The notes beneath the pieces were generated by a model that made no database searches, was not told where the DNA came from, and worked only from the letters and a program-made list of their open reading frames with translations. 64,000 nt of DNA from Roseofilum casamattae BLCC-M143 (GTDB lineage: Bacteria > Cyanobacteriota > Cyanobacteriia > Cyanobacteriales > Desertifilaceae): assembly GCF_030068455.1 (NCBI RefSeq), contig NZ_JAQOSQ010000020.1:1-64000 (forward strand), written 5' to 3'. The translations under genes and the position numbers were made by a program. Below, piece after piece: positions 26,867 to 36,865 of the stretch. How positions within the stretch are numbered: position 1 is the stretch's first letter; every line of letters begins with the position of its first letter.

Positions 26867-28713
26867 TAGGAAGTACTATATCTTTGATGTAAGGGAAGTT
26901 TCAGGATAAATCTCGTGCCCTGGTTAGGCTCTGATTCACAGTGTAAGCTTCCTTGATGGTGATTGACAATAATGGCATGGCACAAACTTAATCCCAAGCC
27001 TTTACCTTTACCGACTGGTTTCGTACTATAAAATGGCGTAAATAAACGCTTGCGAATTAAGTCGGTCATCCCAATCCCATTATCCGTAATGATTGCCTGA
27101 ATTAAGTCTTCTTCTATGAGTTCGGTTTGAATACTAATTTGAGGCGATCTTTGGTTATTTTCTCGTTCCGCAAGAGCATCAATTGCCTCGATCGCGTTCA
27201 CCAGTAAATGCATAAATACTTGATTGATTTGGCTGCCATAACATTCCACTGGCGGTAGAGTTCCATAGTCTCTAATTAGATCGATTTGCGGGCGTTTATC
27301 GTTAGATTGGAGTCGATAGTTAATAATCATTAATGTACTTTCGATCCCTTCATGAAGATTAACTCGTTTCATTTGGGATTCATCTAGGTGCGAAAACGTG
27401 CGTAAAAACAAGACAATTTCGCGAATGCGAGAAGCACCGTTTTTCATCGATTGCAATAATTCTTCACAATCCGTTTCGAGAAATTCCAGATCGACGGCTT
27501 CGGATAACTCCTCAATTTCGGTTCCGGGATTGGGAAATTTATTTTGATAAAGTTTGAGTAACTCTAATAAGTCTTCGACGTATGACTTGGCAAAATCAAT
27601 GTTACCATAGACAAAGCTAACTGGATTATTAATTTCATGAGCAATTCCGGCCACTAATTGCCCAATAGATGAATTTTTTTCACTTTCGATAAGCTGAACT
27701 TGGGTTTGTTGCAACTGCATTAGAGCCTTTTCTAGCTCCCTCGCTTTTTCTTCAGAAACAGCAACTGCATGTTGAGAGCGATCGTATAAATTTGCTTGAC
27801 AAATTGCGATCGCCAACTGTTGCGCGATATAGACTAACCAGCTCGTTTCTTCCTCCGTCCAGATCCGAAACCCCTTGCATTCATGCAGAATTAATAGTCC
27901 CCACAACTCCTCAGAAATAGTAATCGGAACGATCAGATTTGAGCGAACATTCAAACGGTTTAAAAATGCTACATGGCACTCATCTAAATCCGACTGGAAA
28001 ATATCATGAATGGCTCGGACTCTGCCAGCAGCATAAAGCCGTGCATACTCTTGAGAAAAACAGTTATCTTCGCCAACTGTTCCCAAGGTCGATCCCCAAT
28101 CACCGATGGCTTTTTCGACGACGACACGACCTTTCCAATCGCGATCGAATTGATAAATTAATACTCGATCTGCATCGAGCAAAGACTGAATGCGATCGAC
28201 GGCTGTTTGCCAAATGGTTTGCAAATTTAAGCTATGGCGAATTTGGTCGGTAATCAGCCGCAATAACGATTCTTTTTCTTGGGTGTTTTTGAACTGAGTA
28301 ATATCGGCATGAGACCCAGCACAGCGATCGCCATTAGGACTGCGATACAGTAATCCCCGTACTGAAATCCAGCGATAGCCTAAGCTGGGCGATCGCAAAC
28401 GATAGGTGGTTTCATAAAATTCTGTTTCTCCTGCTAGGTGAGCTTGCAAAGCGCTGCGGTGAGTTGCCAAATCCTCCGGACAAATTAACTGTTCGAGTTC
28501 GTGCCAATTTTGAGGTATTCGATCTTCAGGAAAACCAAATATTTTCCGCCAATTTTCATTGAAAAATAGGCGATTTTTAGTTATATTCCACTCCCACAAT
28601 CCTTCCTGAGAACTGGGAAGGCATAAGTGAAATTGAGGGTCATCTGATGCGGAAATATCCGCGATCTCTGAGTGATAGTTTTCTCTTCCGGTTGCGGTGA
28701 TGGAGTTCTCCAT
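26866..28713 (-). CDS. sensor histidine kinase with PAS and GAF sensory domains
   Basis: H-box GIAHEINNPVSFVYGN, G2 box GKGLGLSLCHAII. A GAF-like segment (LITDQIRHSLNLQTIWQTAVDRIQSLLDADRVLIYQF) and an N-terminal PAS-like segment. Confidence 0.85.
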   Translation of the reverse strand: MENSITATGRENYHSEIADISASDDPQFHLCLPSSQEGLWEWNITKNRLFFNENWRKIFGFPEDRIPQNWHELEQLICPEDLATHRSALQAHLAGETEFYETTYRLRSPSLGYRWISVRGLLYRSPNGDRCAGSHADITQFKNTQEKESLLRLITDQIRHSLNLQTIWQTAVDRIQSLLDADRVLIYQFDRDWKGRVVVEKAIGDWGSTLGTVGEDNCFSQEYARLYAAGRVRAIHDIFQSDLDECHVAFLNRLNVRSNLIVPITISEELWGLLILHECKGFRIWTEEETSWLVYIAQQLAIAICQANLYDRSQHAVAVSEEKARELEKALMQLQQTQVQLIESEKNSSIGQLVAGIAHEINNPVSFVYGNIDFAKSYVEDLLELLKLYQNKFPNPGTEIEELSEAVDLEFLETDCEELLQSMKNGASRIREIVLFLRTFSHLDESQMKRVNLHEGIESTLMIINYRLQSNDKRPQIDLIRDYGTLPPVECYGSQINQVFMHLLVNAIEAIDALAERENNQRSPQISIQTELIEEDLIQAIITDNGIGMTDLIRKRLFTPFYSTKPVGKGKGLGLSLCHAIIVNHHQGSLHCESEPNQGTRFILKLPLHQRYSTS

Positions 28714-28737
28714 TATCTTGCTCTAATATTAATGGGT

Positions 28738-29397
28738 TTAGTCCTGCTTTTGGCGGTAGGCGATCGCAGCATAGAACGGATCTCCTCCAGGGAAACCCAT
28801 TAGCTTCAACAGAGGAGGAATAGCAGATACATTAATAACGATCTCCGGCTGAGAAAATCCGGGAGTAGATTGCAAATAGTGTTTGACCAAATTAACGCGA
28901 CCTTGCTCCGTACTATCTCGCCATACTTGAATCGCTTTTTGATAAAACATCCGGTTAGAAAAACTGACAATAACCATCCCCTCGGGTTTGAGAATGCGAT
29001 GAATTTCGCTAAAGATGGCATCGGGATATTGTAGATATTGCACTGAGACGCAATTAAGGATGGCATCGAAGGAACAATCGGGATAAGGTAGATGCAGGTC
29101 TTGATTGAGATTTTGCACCCAATAGCGGTCTAAGCGAGGATTTTTCGCCAACTCTTCCGAGTTTAAACCATGACCTTCAACTTGCTCAAAGTCAAGGTCG
29201 TCCGGGAGATGGGAGATCCAACTGCTCATGAGGTCGAGAATTCGGGTATTTGGTTGCAGGCGATCGCGATACAAATCGGTTAATTGCTGAATGAACCCTT
29301 CATCAACATGGGTGACGAACCGAGGAAATGCATAAAAATTGCGATCGTCGCTAGGGTCGAGTTTTGTCCGGTCTTGAGGGCGTAAGATCGCGAGCAT
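28738..29397 (-). CDS. class I SAM-dependent methyltransferase
   Basis: Rossmann-type motif RILDLMSSWISHLP and a ...VSVQYLQYPD... region typical of Methyltransf_11-like proteins. Confidence 0.6.
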   Translation of the reverse strand: MLAILRPQDRTKLDPSDDRNFYAFPRFVTHVDEGFIQQLTDLYRDRLQPNTRILDLMSSWISHLPDDLDFEQVEGHGLNSEELAKNPRLDRYWVQNLNQDLHLPYPDCSFDAILNCVSVQYLQYPDAIFSEIHRILKPEGMVIVSFSNRMFYQKAIQVWRDSTEQGRVNLVKHYLQSTPGFSQPEIVINVSAIPPLLKLMGFPGGDPFYAAIAYRQKQD

Positions 29398-29522
29398 GAG
29401 TAGTAAAGAGGTTGAGAGATTGAATGAATGATATAAATTAATTTGACATATTTCCCGGCAACTGGTCGAGGGGATTAGACTAAAGAGGATTCGGTTACTC
29501 TCAATGTCTGCAGGATCGTCTG

Positions 29523-30383
29523 ATGATTCCCAGTATTACTATTATACTTTTAGTTGCGATCGCCTTTTTGTCCAGTTGTATTGTAACGATTCCCGAACCC
29601 TATCAAGCTTTGGTCGAGCGATTTGGGACATATCAACGCACTTTAGAGCCTGGAGTAAATTTCATTGTCCCTATTTTAGATCGAGTCGTTATCCGAGCGC
29701 TAATGAGCGAGCGCCTGTTAGATGTTCCTCCTCAACAAACGATTACCAAAGATAATGTTTCTCTTAAGGTAGATGCGATTATCTACTGGCAAATTGTGAA
29801 TCTCAGACGAGCATATTATAATATTGATAATGTAGAAAATGCTTTAGAAAATTTGGTCTTAACTAATCTTCGCGGACAGATTGGCTTACAAGAAATGAGC
29901 CAAACCTTTTCGGGAATTAAAGAAATTAATAAGGCGGTATTAGACCAAGTCGATACGATCACTGAAAATTGGGGAATTAAGTTAATTCGATTAGAAATTC
30001 GCGATATTACCCCTCCTCAGAGTATTCTCGATTCCTTAGAACAAGAGAGAGCAGCAGAAAGTAAGCAGCAAGCCTCGATTACAGAAGCTCAGGGTGGCGC
30101 GCAATCGATTAAAATTTTAGCTGAGGCTTTGGGTCTCGAGCCGAGGAGTCAGGAATTCATTCAATATTTAATTGCCCAGCGCTATTTAGAGACCAACCAG
30201 CAATTAACGGAAAGTCCTAATTCTAAAGTCTTTTTTATGAATCCTAATGTTCTCAATGAGAATTTGAACAGTCTGTTAGAATACGAAAGCCGAGAATCAG
30301 AAAATCGGAATAACCAGAATTATTCTCCTTCTTTTTCTAAGGAAGAGGAATCCGAATCAGCATCTAATGGTTCGGAAGAATAG
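29523..30383 (+). CDS. SPFH/band-7 (stomatin-prohibitin-like) membrane protein
   Basis: N-terminal TM helix, then the conserved block ...ALVERFGTYQRTLEPGVNFIVPILDRV...DAIIYWQIVN... and an acidic C-terminal tail. Confidence 0.85.
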   Translation: MIPSITIILLVAIAFLSSCIVTIPEPYQALVERFGTYQRTLEPGVNFIVPILDRVVIRALMSERLLDVPPQQTITKDNVSLKVDAIIYWQIVNLRRAYYNIDNVENALENLVLTNLRGQIGLQEMSQTFSGIKEINKAVLDQVDTITENWGIKLIRLEIRDITPPQSILDSLEQERAAESKQQASITEAQGGAQSIKILAEALGLEPRSQEFIQYLIAQRYLETNQQLTESPNSKVFFMNPNVLNENLNSLLEYESRESENRNNQNYSPSFSKEEESESASNGSEE

Positions 30384-30386
30384 AAC

Positions 30387-30683
30387 TTAAGACTGCTGTT
30401 CTCGATCTTGAGCGATCTTAAATATCATCTGAAATGCTTCCTCTGAGGTCAGGTGACTTTGAGATGGGATGGGTTGTGTTTGGCATTTATCCAGTTTAGA
30501 GATGAGTGCTTGATACGTCTCTTGCTCTGCCGAAGAATCCTCGTGGGCAATCGGAACAATAGCCCGATATTGACATCCTTGGCGTTGGAATTCTAAACAT
30601 CCATATTTGCGCAATGTCCCATTCGGAGCGACGTGAGAGAGGACTTCAAAATCAACAACGTTACTAGTCATGTTCGAGCACAC
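30387..30683 (-). CDS. hypothetical small protein
   Basis: 98-aa ORF convergent with the SPFH gene. No recognisable motif. Confidence 0.3.
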   Translation of the reverse strand: MCSNMTSNVVDFEVLSHVAPNGTLRKYGCLEFQRQGCQYRAIVPIAHEDSSAEQETYQALISKLDKCQTQPIPSQSHLTSEEAFQMIFKIAQDREQQS

Positions 30684-30865
30684 AATTAACTAGAGTACAA
30701 AAGCGATCGCCGCATACACGGCAACTTCATATTTCTATCATCTCAGGTTAGGGATAGATTGGTGTGATTCAGATAGGCGAATCTTAGTGAGGTACGTAAC
30801 ACCCCGTTACGATCTGCACCCTTGCTTCAGTAGCATACCTTTTATACTTGCTAATGTTCTATGGG

Positions 30866-32695
30866 TTATGTTCCCAGCATCTGTAATTGATACAAACTAG
30901 CATACAGACCGTCTCGGGCTAAGAGGGAATCGTGAGTCCCGGTTTCGATGAGCGCGCCTTGCTTCAAGACAAAAATGCGATCGACATTGCGAATGGTGGA
31001 GAGGCGATGGGCAATAATAATCGCGGTACGGTTAACCAGAAGCCGATCTAATGCTTTTTGAATTAGGGCTTCCGTTCCGACATCTAGGCTAGAGGTAGCT
31101 TCGTCTAAGACCAAGATATTGGGGTTGCGAATGGCGACTCGCGCGAAGGCGAGCAGTTGCTTTTGACCGCTGGATAAATTGGTTCCTCGCTCCCGCAGTT
31201 GAGTTTCGTAACTGTAGGGCAATTCTTCAATAAATCCATCGATATTGGTTGATTTAGCTGCTGCTTTTACCTGTTCCAGACTATAGGTTTCGCCTAAGGC
31301 AATATTGCTTTTCACATCTCCAGAAAAGAGAAATCCATCTTGCAAGACGACTCCTAAATGGCGGCGGAGTTCTTGTTGCGGTAGATTGCGGATATCAATG
31401 CCATCGACTAAGATTCTGCCGTAGGTGGGTTCGTAGAGCCGACAGAGCAAGCGGATGACGGAACTTTTACCGGCTCCGGTGGGCCCGACGAGGGCAATTT
31501 TTTCGCCAGGTTGAATAGTAAAGTTGAGATTTTTGATGGCGTATTCATCGTCTTTATAAGCAAACCAGACATCTTCAAAGCGAATTTCGCCAGTTTTTTG
31601 CGCGGCATCTTCGGTAACGGTGAGTTGGAAATTTTGCTGTTTGGCTAATTCCGGATCGCGAATGTCGATGGGTTGACTCAGCAGTTCTTCAATTCGTTCG
31701 ATCGCGGTAAATCCCGATTGAAACATGGTAAATTTTTCGGCAAATCGACGCAAGGGATCGAAGAAGCGAGGAGCGAAGAGAATAAACTCGGAGAGAATGC
31801 CAAAGGTGAGTTTATCTTGCAAAATTAATATACCGCCAAACCCGAGGACTCCGGCGATCGCAATGAGGGAAATCCATTCTAAAGTTGCGGATACAGCCGA
31901 ATCGAAAAAGATGGTGCGATCGATCGCCTGAATAAATCGTTGATTATTTTTCCGGAATAATTCTTGGTTAAACCGTTCTCGTCGGAACAGTTGCACCACA
32001 TCCATGCCAATGATATTTTCCTGAAATTGGGCGTTGAGTTTGGAGAGTTCTTCGCGAGCAATATAGTTGGCTTGCCGATATTGTTGTTGGAAGTAAATAA
32101 TTAACAGGGTGACGGGAACGAGCAGGGCAATTAGGAGCAGGGCCAGTTGCCATTGCTGGCGGAACATGACTGCACCAATAACTATAATAGAAACAATATC
32201 ATTAATAATGCCGATCGCCCCGGTGGAGAAGACTTCGCCCAAGGCTTCTACATCGTTAGTGAGGCGCGTAATTAGACTGCCGACTGGGGTGCGATCGAAA
32301 AATTTAACGGCGAGAGCGGTGACGTGGTCGAATAAGTCGTTGCGAATGTCTGCAGTTAATTGCTGTCCGACTTTTTGAATGGTAAAGGATTGAATTCCGG
32401 CAAAGATTAAGCGGAAAATAATGGTTAATAGGAGTAAGACTGCTAAGAGGTTAATGCTGTCTAATACGGAGAAATTTTCTAAGAGTTGCCAGGTGGGTTC
32501 GCCTTTTAATTTTGAGACCGCTTGTCCGACAATTAAGGGTTGAATTGCACCGGCAAAGGATAAAGGAAATAATAAGACTAAAGACATAGTCAGCAAGCGC
32601 CCGTGACGACGAGCATAGGGCACCAAACGCATCAAGAGTTGCCAGTCATTTTCTCGATGGGGCGATCGCGACGCAGGCAAGGAGCTAGGAGTCAT
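30866..32695 (-). CDS. ABC exporter, fused permease/ATPase (MsbA-like)
   Basis: Six-TM N-terminal domain. Walker A GPTGAGKSS, ABC signature LSSGQKQLLAFAR, Walker B ILVLDEATS. Confidence 0.9.
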   Translation of the reverse strand: MTPSSLPASRSPHRENDWQLLMRLVPYARRHGRLLTMSLVLLFPLSFAGAIQPLIVGQAVSKLKGEPTWQLLENFSVLDSINLLAVLLLLTIIFRLIFAGIQSFTIQKVGQQLTADIRNDLFDHVTALAVKFFDRTPVGSLITRLTNDVEALGEVFSTGAIGIINDIVSIIVIGAVMFRQQWQLALLLIALLVPVTLLIIYFQQQYRQANYIAREELSKLNAQFQENIIGMDVVQLFRRERFNQELFRKNNQRFIQAIDRTIFFDSAVSATLEWISLIAIAGVLGFGGILILQDKLTFGILSEFILFAPRFFDPLRRFAEKFTMFQSGFTAIERIEELLSQPIDIRDPELAKQQNFQLTVTEDAAQKTGEIRFEDVWFAYKDDEYAIKNLNFTIQPGEKIALVGPTGAGKSSVIRLLCRLYEPTYGRILVDGIDIRNLPQQELRRHLGVVLQDGFLFSGDVKSNIALGETYSLEQVKAAAKSTNIDGFIEELPYSYETQLRERGTNLSSGQKQLLAFARVAIRNPNILVLDEATSSLDVGTEALIQKALDRLLVNRTAIIIAHRLSTIRNVDRIFVLKQGALIETGTHDSLLARDGLYASLYQLQMLGT

Positions 32696-32848
32696 AAGGT
32701 TTGGGGCAACAAGGACGGTGTTTTCCGAGGGGCACGAGGGCTATTTTATCAGTTTTGGCAGGTCTCTGGGGCATTGGGCGATCGCACTTGCAAAAGAGTC
32801 GAGCAAATTTCAGCGTAAATTTCGTTTTTTCCTATTCTATCTCATTGA

Positions 32849-33754
32849 CTATTTATCGCTCAACCAACGAGATAGATCGTCCAAACTCGTCCAATCTGAA
32901 ATTGCAACTCCTAACTCATATAAGTCATCTAAAGACAATTGTTGCATCTGTGCGATCGGTGCTTCTGAAATGTCTCCAAAACGGCGTTGTAATTGACGCA
33001 AAATCAAGGCTTGAGTGCGTCCTTCTTTGAATCCTTGCGCATATGCCTCTGCCCTGGCTTCCACCAGGTCGTTTTGCTGGTCGAATAACCAGCGTTCTTT
33101 TTTCTCCAACTGTTCCTGTTCTTTGCGACTAAAATTGGCACAATTGGCAATATTTAAGGCTTTGCCGATTTCTGGCACTTCTTTGAGGGAACTGGGAATC
33201 ATCTCTAAATTTGGAGTTTCCTTGATAAAATAAATCCATTTTTCCGTCAGGTTTTGCAATTCTTCCAAAGACTTCTTGAATTTGTGCAATTCGACAAATA
33301 TCAGTTCGATTTTTTCCTCAAAATAGTCAACCGATGATGTTTCTTCTTGTAAGGAAAATCGAGTTATAATTTGTTGTTCCAATTGGGGAAAGAGGGGAAA
33401 GTCAACAATAGTTAGGGATATGGCCGGTTTCAGTCTGGCATAAGCTGGACCGTTCTGTAGTTGATTGCCATAGGTTCTGGCTAAGTCATACAACACTCGA
33501 TCTCTAAAGCAAGGAACACAGAGAACTTGGATTTCCATGAGGACGATTGTACCGTTACTTAAAATGGCTTTTACATCCAGATAGCTGTCTTTAGCGCCGT
33601 TGAGATTGTCAGGGTCAATAATATCCAAGTCGGTAATTTCCGGACGACCCTCATAAATCATGGCATTTAAGAAGCTAATCAAGATATCTTTGCTGTCTTG
33701 GGAGCCAAAGATGCGCTTGAAGGCTAAATCGGTCTTCGGACTGATAAATTCCAT
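32849..33754 (-). CDS. Rpn/YhgA-like PD-(D/E)XK nuclease family protein (recombination-promoting nuclease / putative transposase)
   Basis: MEFISPKTDLAFKRIFGSQDSKDILISFLNAMI...DLDIIDPD...YLDVKAILSNGTIVLMEIQV matches this family. The start ATG is at 33754; the upstream part of the track ORF is spurious. Confidence 0.7.
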   Translation of the reverse strand: MEFISPKTDLAFKRIFGSQDSKDILISFLNAMIYEGRPEITDLDIIDPDNLNGAKDSYLDVKAILSNGTIVLMEIQVLCVPCFRDRVLYDLARTYGNQLQNGPAYARLKPAISLTIVDFPLFPQLEQQIITRFSLQEETSSVDYFEEKIELIFVELHKFKKSLEELQNLTEKWIYFIKETPNLEMIPSSLKEVPEIGKALNIANCANFSRKEQEQLEKKERWLFDQQNDLVEARAEAYAQGFKEGRTQALILRQLQRRFGDISEAPIAQMQQLSLDDLYELGVAISDWTSLDDLSRWLSDK

Positions 33755-33857
33755 AATAGTAAGACTTAGTGGGTGAGTAGTTAACTTAAAATTTATTGGT
33801 TGTGCGAGCTGTCGTGGAAATGGCGCGATCGCCCGATCGCGATTATTCTTATTTTCT

Positions 33858-34448
33858 TTAACGATCGCGATGCAGAAATTTCCGTCTGGCTGATAAAACG
33901 TCTGTAATCTGCAAACATTCTTCGAGTAATGATACATTGAGATTGGGTAAGAGTTTGCTATCCTGGACGCGATCGTATCCGCTGAAGTCCGATCGCAAAA
34001 CATAAACCAAAAGTCGGTCATTCTGCCAAAGCCAAACTTCTGGAATCTCGAATCTACGATACTTTTCCATCTTCTCTACACCACCGCTGGTTAGTGCAAC
34101 TTCGATCGCTAAATCGGGATAGTCTTTATCTTCTTCCAAACAATAAGACTCATCTGGACTAAAGGAAGCATCGCGTTCCTCAGCTTCGCACGTGGTATTG
34201 CCTGCGGGAAAGAACGGAATCTCCATTTCAAAGAAATAGGCTTCTAATAAAATAGCGATTAATTTCTTAATTCGTTCGCGCTTTTTACTGGTTGTCATGA
34301 ACTGAATGTATCCATCGACATAGCTAACGCGCAAACCGGGAATAGTTTCAACCCAACGTTGCAGGGTTTGGAATTGTTGCCAACTGTGGCATCCCGGAAT
34401 CAAAAACTGTTGGTCGTCAATAGAGGTTGTATCTACAATGGATAGCAT
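33858..34448 (-). CDS. Uma2-family (DUF820) restriction-endonuclease-like protein
   Basis: ...RVSYVDGYIQFM... and a later ...YPDLAIEVALTSGGVEKMEKYRRFEIPEVWL... arrangement characteristic of Uma2/DUF820. Confidence 0.6.
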   Translation of the reverse strand: MLSIVDTTSIDDQQFLIPGCHSWQQFQTLQRWVETIPGLRVSYVDGYIQFMTTSKKRERIKKLIAILLEAYFFEMEIPFFPAGNTTCEAEERDASFSPDESYCLEEDKDYPDLAIEVALTSGGVEKMEKYRRFEIPEVWLWQNDRLLVYVLRSDFSGYDRVQDSKLLPNLNVSLLEECLQITDVLSARRKFLHRDR

Positions 34449-34508
34449 GATTCCCGTGCCCGAGATAAACTGCGCTCGTTATTTCTATCATACCGATTTC
34501 TCAAACCT

Positions 34509-35453
34509 ATGAACTCGTCCGAACTGCCGCAAATTTCGGTAATTATTCCGGTCTATAATGGTGAAGAGGATTTACCGGAATTGCTCGATCGCCTGCAACA
34601 GCAAACCTATCCCAGCGATCGCCTAGAATATCTAATTGTAGATAACGGTAGCCGCGATCGCACGGCGGAAATCCTCTCCTCGTTGGAGCTACCCAACCTG
34701 AAACCGCTCAGTCAAACGGAAATCCAAAGTTCCTACGCCGCGCGCAATGTGGGGATTAAAGCCGCAAGTTATCACATTATTGCGTTTACCGATGCCGATT
34801 GCCGGCCGCAACCGGAGTGGTTGGTTAACCTGGTGCAACCGTTTGCGAATCCAGAGATTGGGTTATCCATTGGCGAGATTGCGGCTCTTCCCGGTACGAG
34901 TGTACTGGAATCTTATGCCGATCGCCAAGAAACGCTTTCGCAAAAACATACTCTCGCTAACAGCTATTGCGCTTACGGACAAACGGCAAACTTAGCGGTG
35001 CGACGCTCTATCTTCCAGCAGGTAGGTTTATTCCGTCCCTATTTAACCACGGGGGGAGATGCGGATATCTGTTGGCGAATCTTGCGCGAAACTCAATGGC
35101 AGTATAAGTTTGTTCCGGATGCGATCGTGCAACATCGCCATCGTCGTACATTAGAGGAGTTGCATAAGCAATGGTATCGTTACGGTAAGTCTAATCGCTA
35201 TTTGCATCAACTGCACGGTATCGATCTAACTCGCAGCTTAACCGGAAAAGAGATAACTTATCGTCTCGCGCGCTGGTTGGGTAAAGAAATTCCGATCGCC
35301 AGCGCTAAATTATTATTCGGGAAAGCCGATATTGTAGACTTAGTGAGTACTCCCCTGGGATTATATACTTCGGGGGCGAGAACGAAAGGGCAACAGGAGG
35401 CATCATTGCCGGAGAATGCCCGATACATTGAACCGCTGAATCCGGACTCCTAG
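34509..35453 (+). CDS. glycosyltransferase family 2
   Basis: ISVIIPVYNGEEDLPELLDRLQQQTYP...EYLIVDNGSRD (GT-A N-terminal signature) and a DAD motif. Confidence 0.85.
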   Translation: MNSSELPQISVIIPVYNGEEDLPELLDRLQQQTYPSDRLEYLIVDNGSRDRTAEILSSLELPNLKPLSQTEIQSSYAARNVGIKAASYHIIAFTDADCRPQPEWLVNLVQPFANPEIGLSIGEIAALPGTSVLESYADRQETLSQKHTLANSYCAYGQTANLAVRRSIFQQVGLFRPYLTTGGDADICWRILRETQWQYKFVPDAIVQHRHRRTLEELHKQWYRYGKSNRYLHQLHGIDLTRSLTGKEITYRLARWLGKEIPIASAKLLFGKADIVDLVSTPLGLYTSGARTKGQQEASLPENARYIEPLNPDS

Positions 35454-35471
35454 TGACTCTACGCTATCATT

Positions 35472-36413
35472 ATGCATTCCTATACCCTACTGGCTGCGGC
35501 GAAAATTAATCTGTATTTGGAGATTGTTGGCGATCGCGCGGACGGCTTTCACGAACTTGCTATGATTATGCAGAGCGTGAATTTGTGCGATCGCATTACC
35601 ATCGAACCTTCTGATACCGATAGCATTCGCGTCACCTGCAACCATCCCGATGTTCCCAACAACTCGAGCAACCTCGCTTATCGAGCGGCGGACTTGATGC
35701 GATCGCAGTTTCCCGATACCTTTGCCAAGTATGGTGGGGTGAATATTACCATTGATAAGTCGATTCCTGTCGCTGCTGGATTAGCTGGAGGTTCTTCTAA
35801 TGCGGCTGCCGTTTTAGTCGGCATGGATTTATTATGGAATTTAGGATTAACCCAAGGAGAGTGCGAGCGTCTCGGAGCGCAGTTGGGTTCGGATATTCCG
35901 TTTTGCGTTCGCGGAGGTACGGCGTTAGCCACGGGACGAGGAGAAAAACTTTCGCCATTGCCAGATTTGGAAGATCTTTATGTGGTATTAGCTAAGTACG
36001 AGAGTATTGCCATTTCTACGGGTTGGGCGTACCAAACCTATCGTCAGACGTACGAAGCGGAATATATTCGCGATCCCGAAAGCATTGTCGCCTATGGAAA
36101 GAAGGTTCACTCCGGGAAAATCGTCCAGGCGATCGCCCACCATAACTATTCTACCATTGCAGCGGAATTGCGCAATGACTTTGAGAAAATTGTCTTGCCG
36201 GAACATCCGCGACTGCAAACTTTGAAAGAAGAATTTTTGCAAGCGGGAGCATTAGGAACCCTGATGTCCGGATCGGGTTCTACGATATTTGCGATCGCCC
36301 AATCTCAAGATAAAGCCGACGCCATTAAATCTCATGTGGAAACCACATTAAATTCACCGGATCTTAATCTCTGGGTAGCGCGCTTTGCTCCCGCTGGAAT
36401 TCGGGTTATTTGA
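35472..36413 (+). CDS. ispE: 4-diphosphocytidyl-2-C-methyl-D-erythritol kinase
   Basis: AKINLYLEIVGDRADGFHEL and the GHMP-kinase ATP loop PVAAGLAGGSSNAAA. Confidence 0.9.
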   Translation: MHSYTLLAAAKINLYLEIVGDRADGFHELAMIMQSVNLCDRITIEPSDTDSIRVTCNHPDVPNNSSNLAYRAADLMRSQFPDTFAKYGGVNITIDKSIPVAAGLAGGSSNAAAVLVGMDLLWNLGLTQGECERLGAQLGSDIPFCVRGGTALATGRGEKLSPLPDLEDLYVVLAKYESIAISTGWAYQTYRQTYEAEYIRDPESIVAYGKKVHSGKIVQAIAHHNYSTIAAELRNDFEKIVLPEHPRLQTLKEEFLQAGALGTLMSGSGSTIFAIAQSQDKADAIKSHVETTLNSPDLNLWVARFAPAGIRVI

Positions 36414-36442
36414 TCTGACAATAAAACCATTTCTCTACTGCT

Positions 36443-36763
36443 ATGACCTCCTCCGAACCGACTCCTACCGAAACTTCTCGTGCCCGAAAAATCTCGCCCA
36501 ATGTTACTCCAGTTAGTTGCATTATCGGAGCTGGAATTAGCGGAACCATCGGCACTTTTATCGGCTTTCTTTCTCTCTCCATTATCCAGACATTTGCCAA
36601 CAAACCGCTGGCGACAAAAAATGCGATCGCCCTCCAGATTGGTGCTGCCGTTCGGACTTTAGTGATGGGAATGGGACTATTGGCGACAGGAATCTTTGCC
36701 TTAGCCACGGTGGGTTTATTGGCTTTGGCAGTGCAGCTTCTCTTTCGTCAAAGAAACCTCTGA
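36443..36763 (+). CDS. hypothetical small membrane protein
   Basis: 106-aa ORF with two or three hydrophobic helices. A competing antisense ORF (36406-36708) looks less protein-like. Confidence 0.35.
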   Translation: MTSSEPTPTETSRARKISPNVTPVSCIIGAGISGTIGTFIGFLSLSIIQTFANKPLATKNAIALQIGAAVRTLVMGMGLLATGIFALATVGLLALAVQLLFRQRNL

Positions 36764-36865
36764 CTCACCCTATCGAGAAGCCATCTCCATATTTTTTAAC
36801 TCTTTTCAACTGCTTTAAACTAACCCGATTTGCTACCATTTAATTGTCCCCAAAAAACATTGGGG

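Noticed and set aside
33755-34021. N-terminal 89 codons of the track ORF 32849-34021
   Set aside because: The family-typical start MEFISPKTDLAFKR lies at 33754. The upstream extension is Cys/Arg-rich read-through of the intergenic region.
36406-36708. 100-aa minus-strand ORF overlapping the 36443-36763 plus-strand ORF
   Set aside because: Only one of the two can be real. The plus-strand product looks like a helical membrane protein with normal composition, so the minus frame was dropped. Confidence is low either way.
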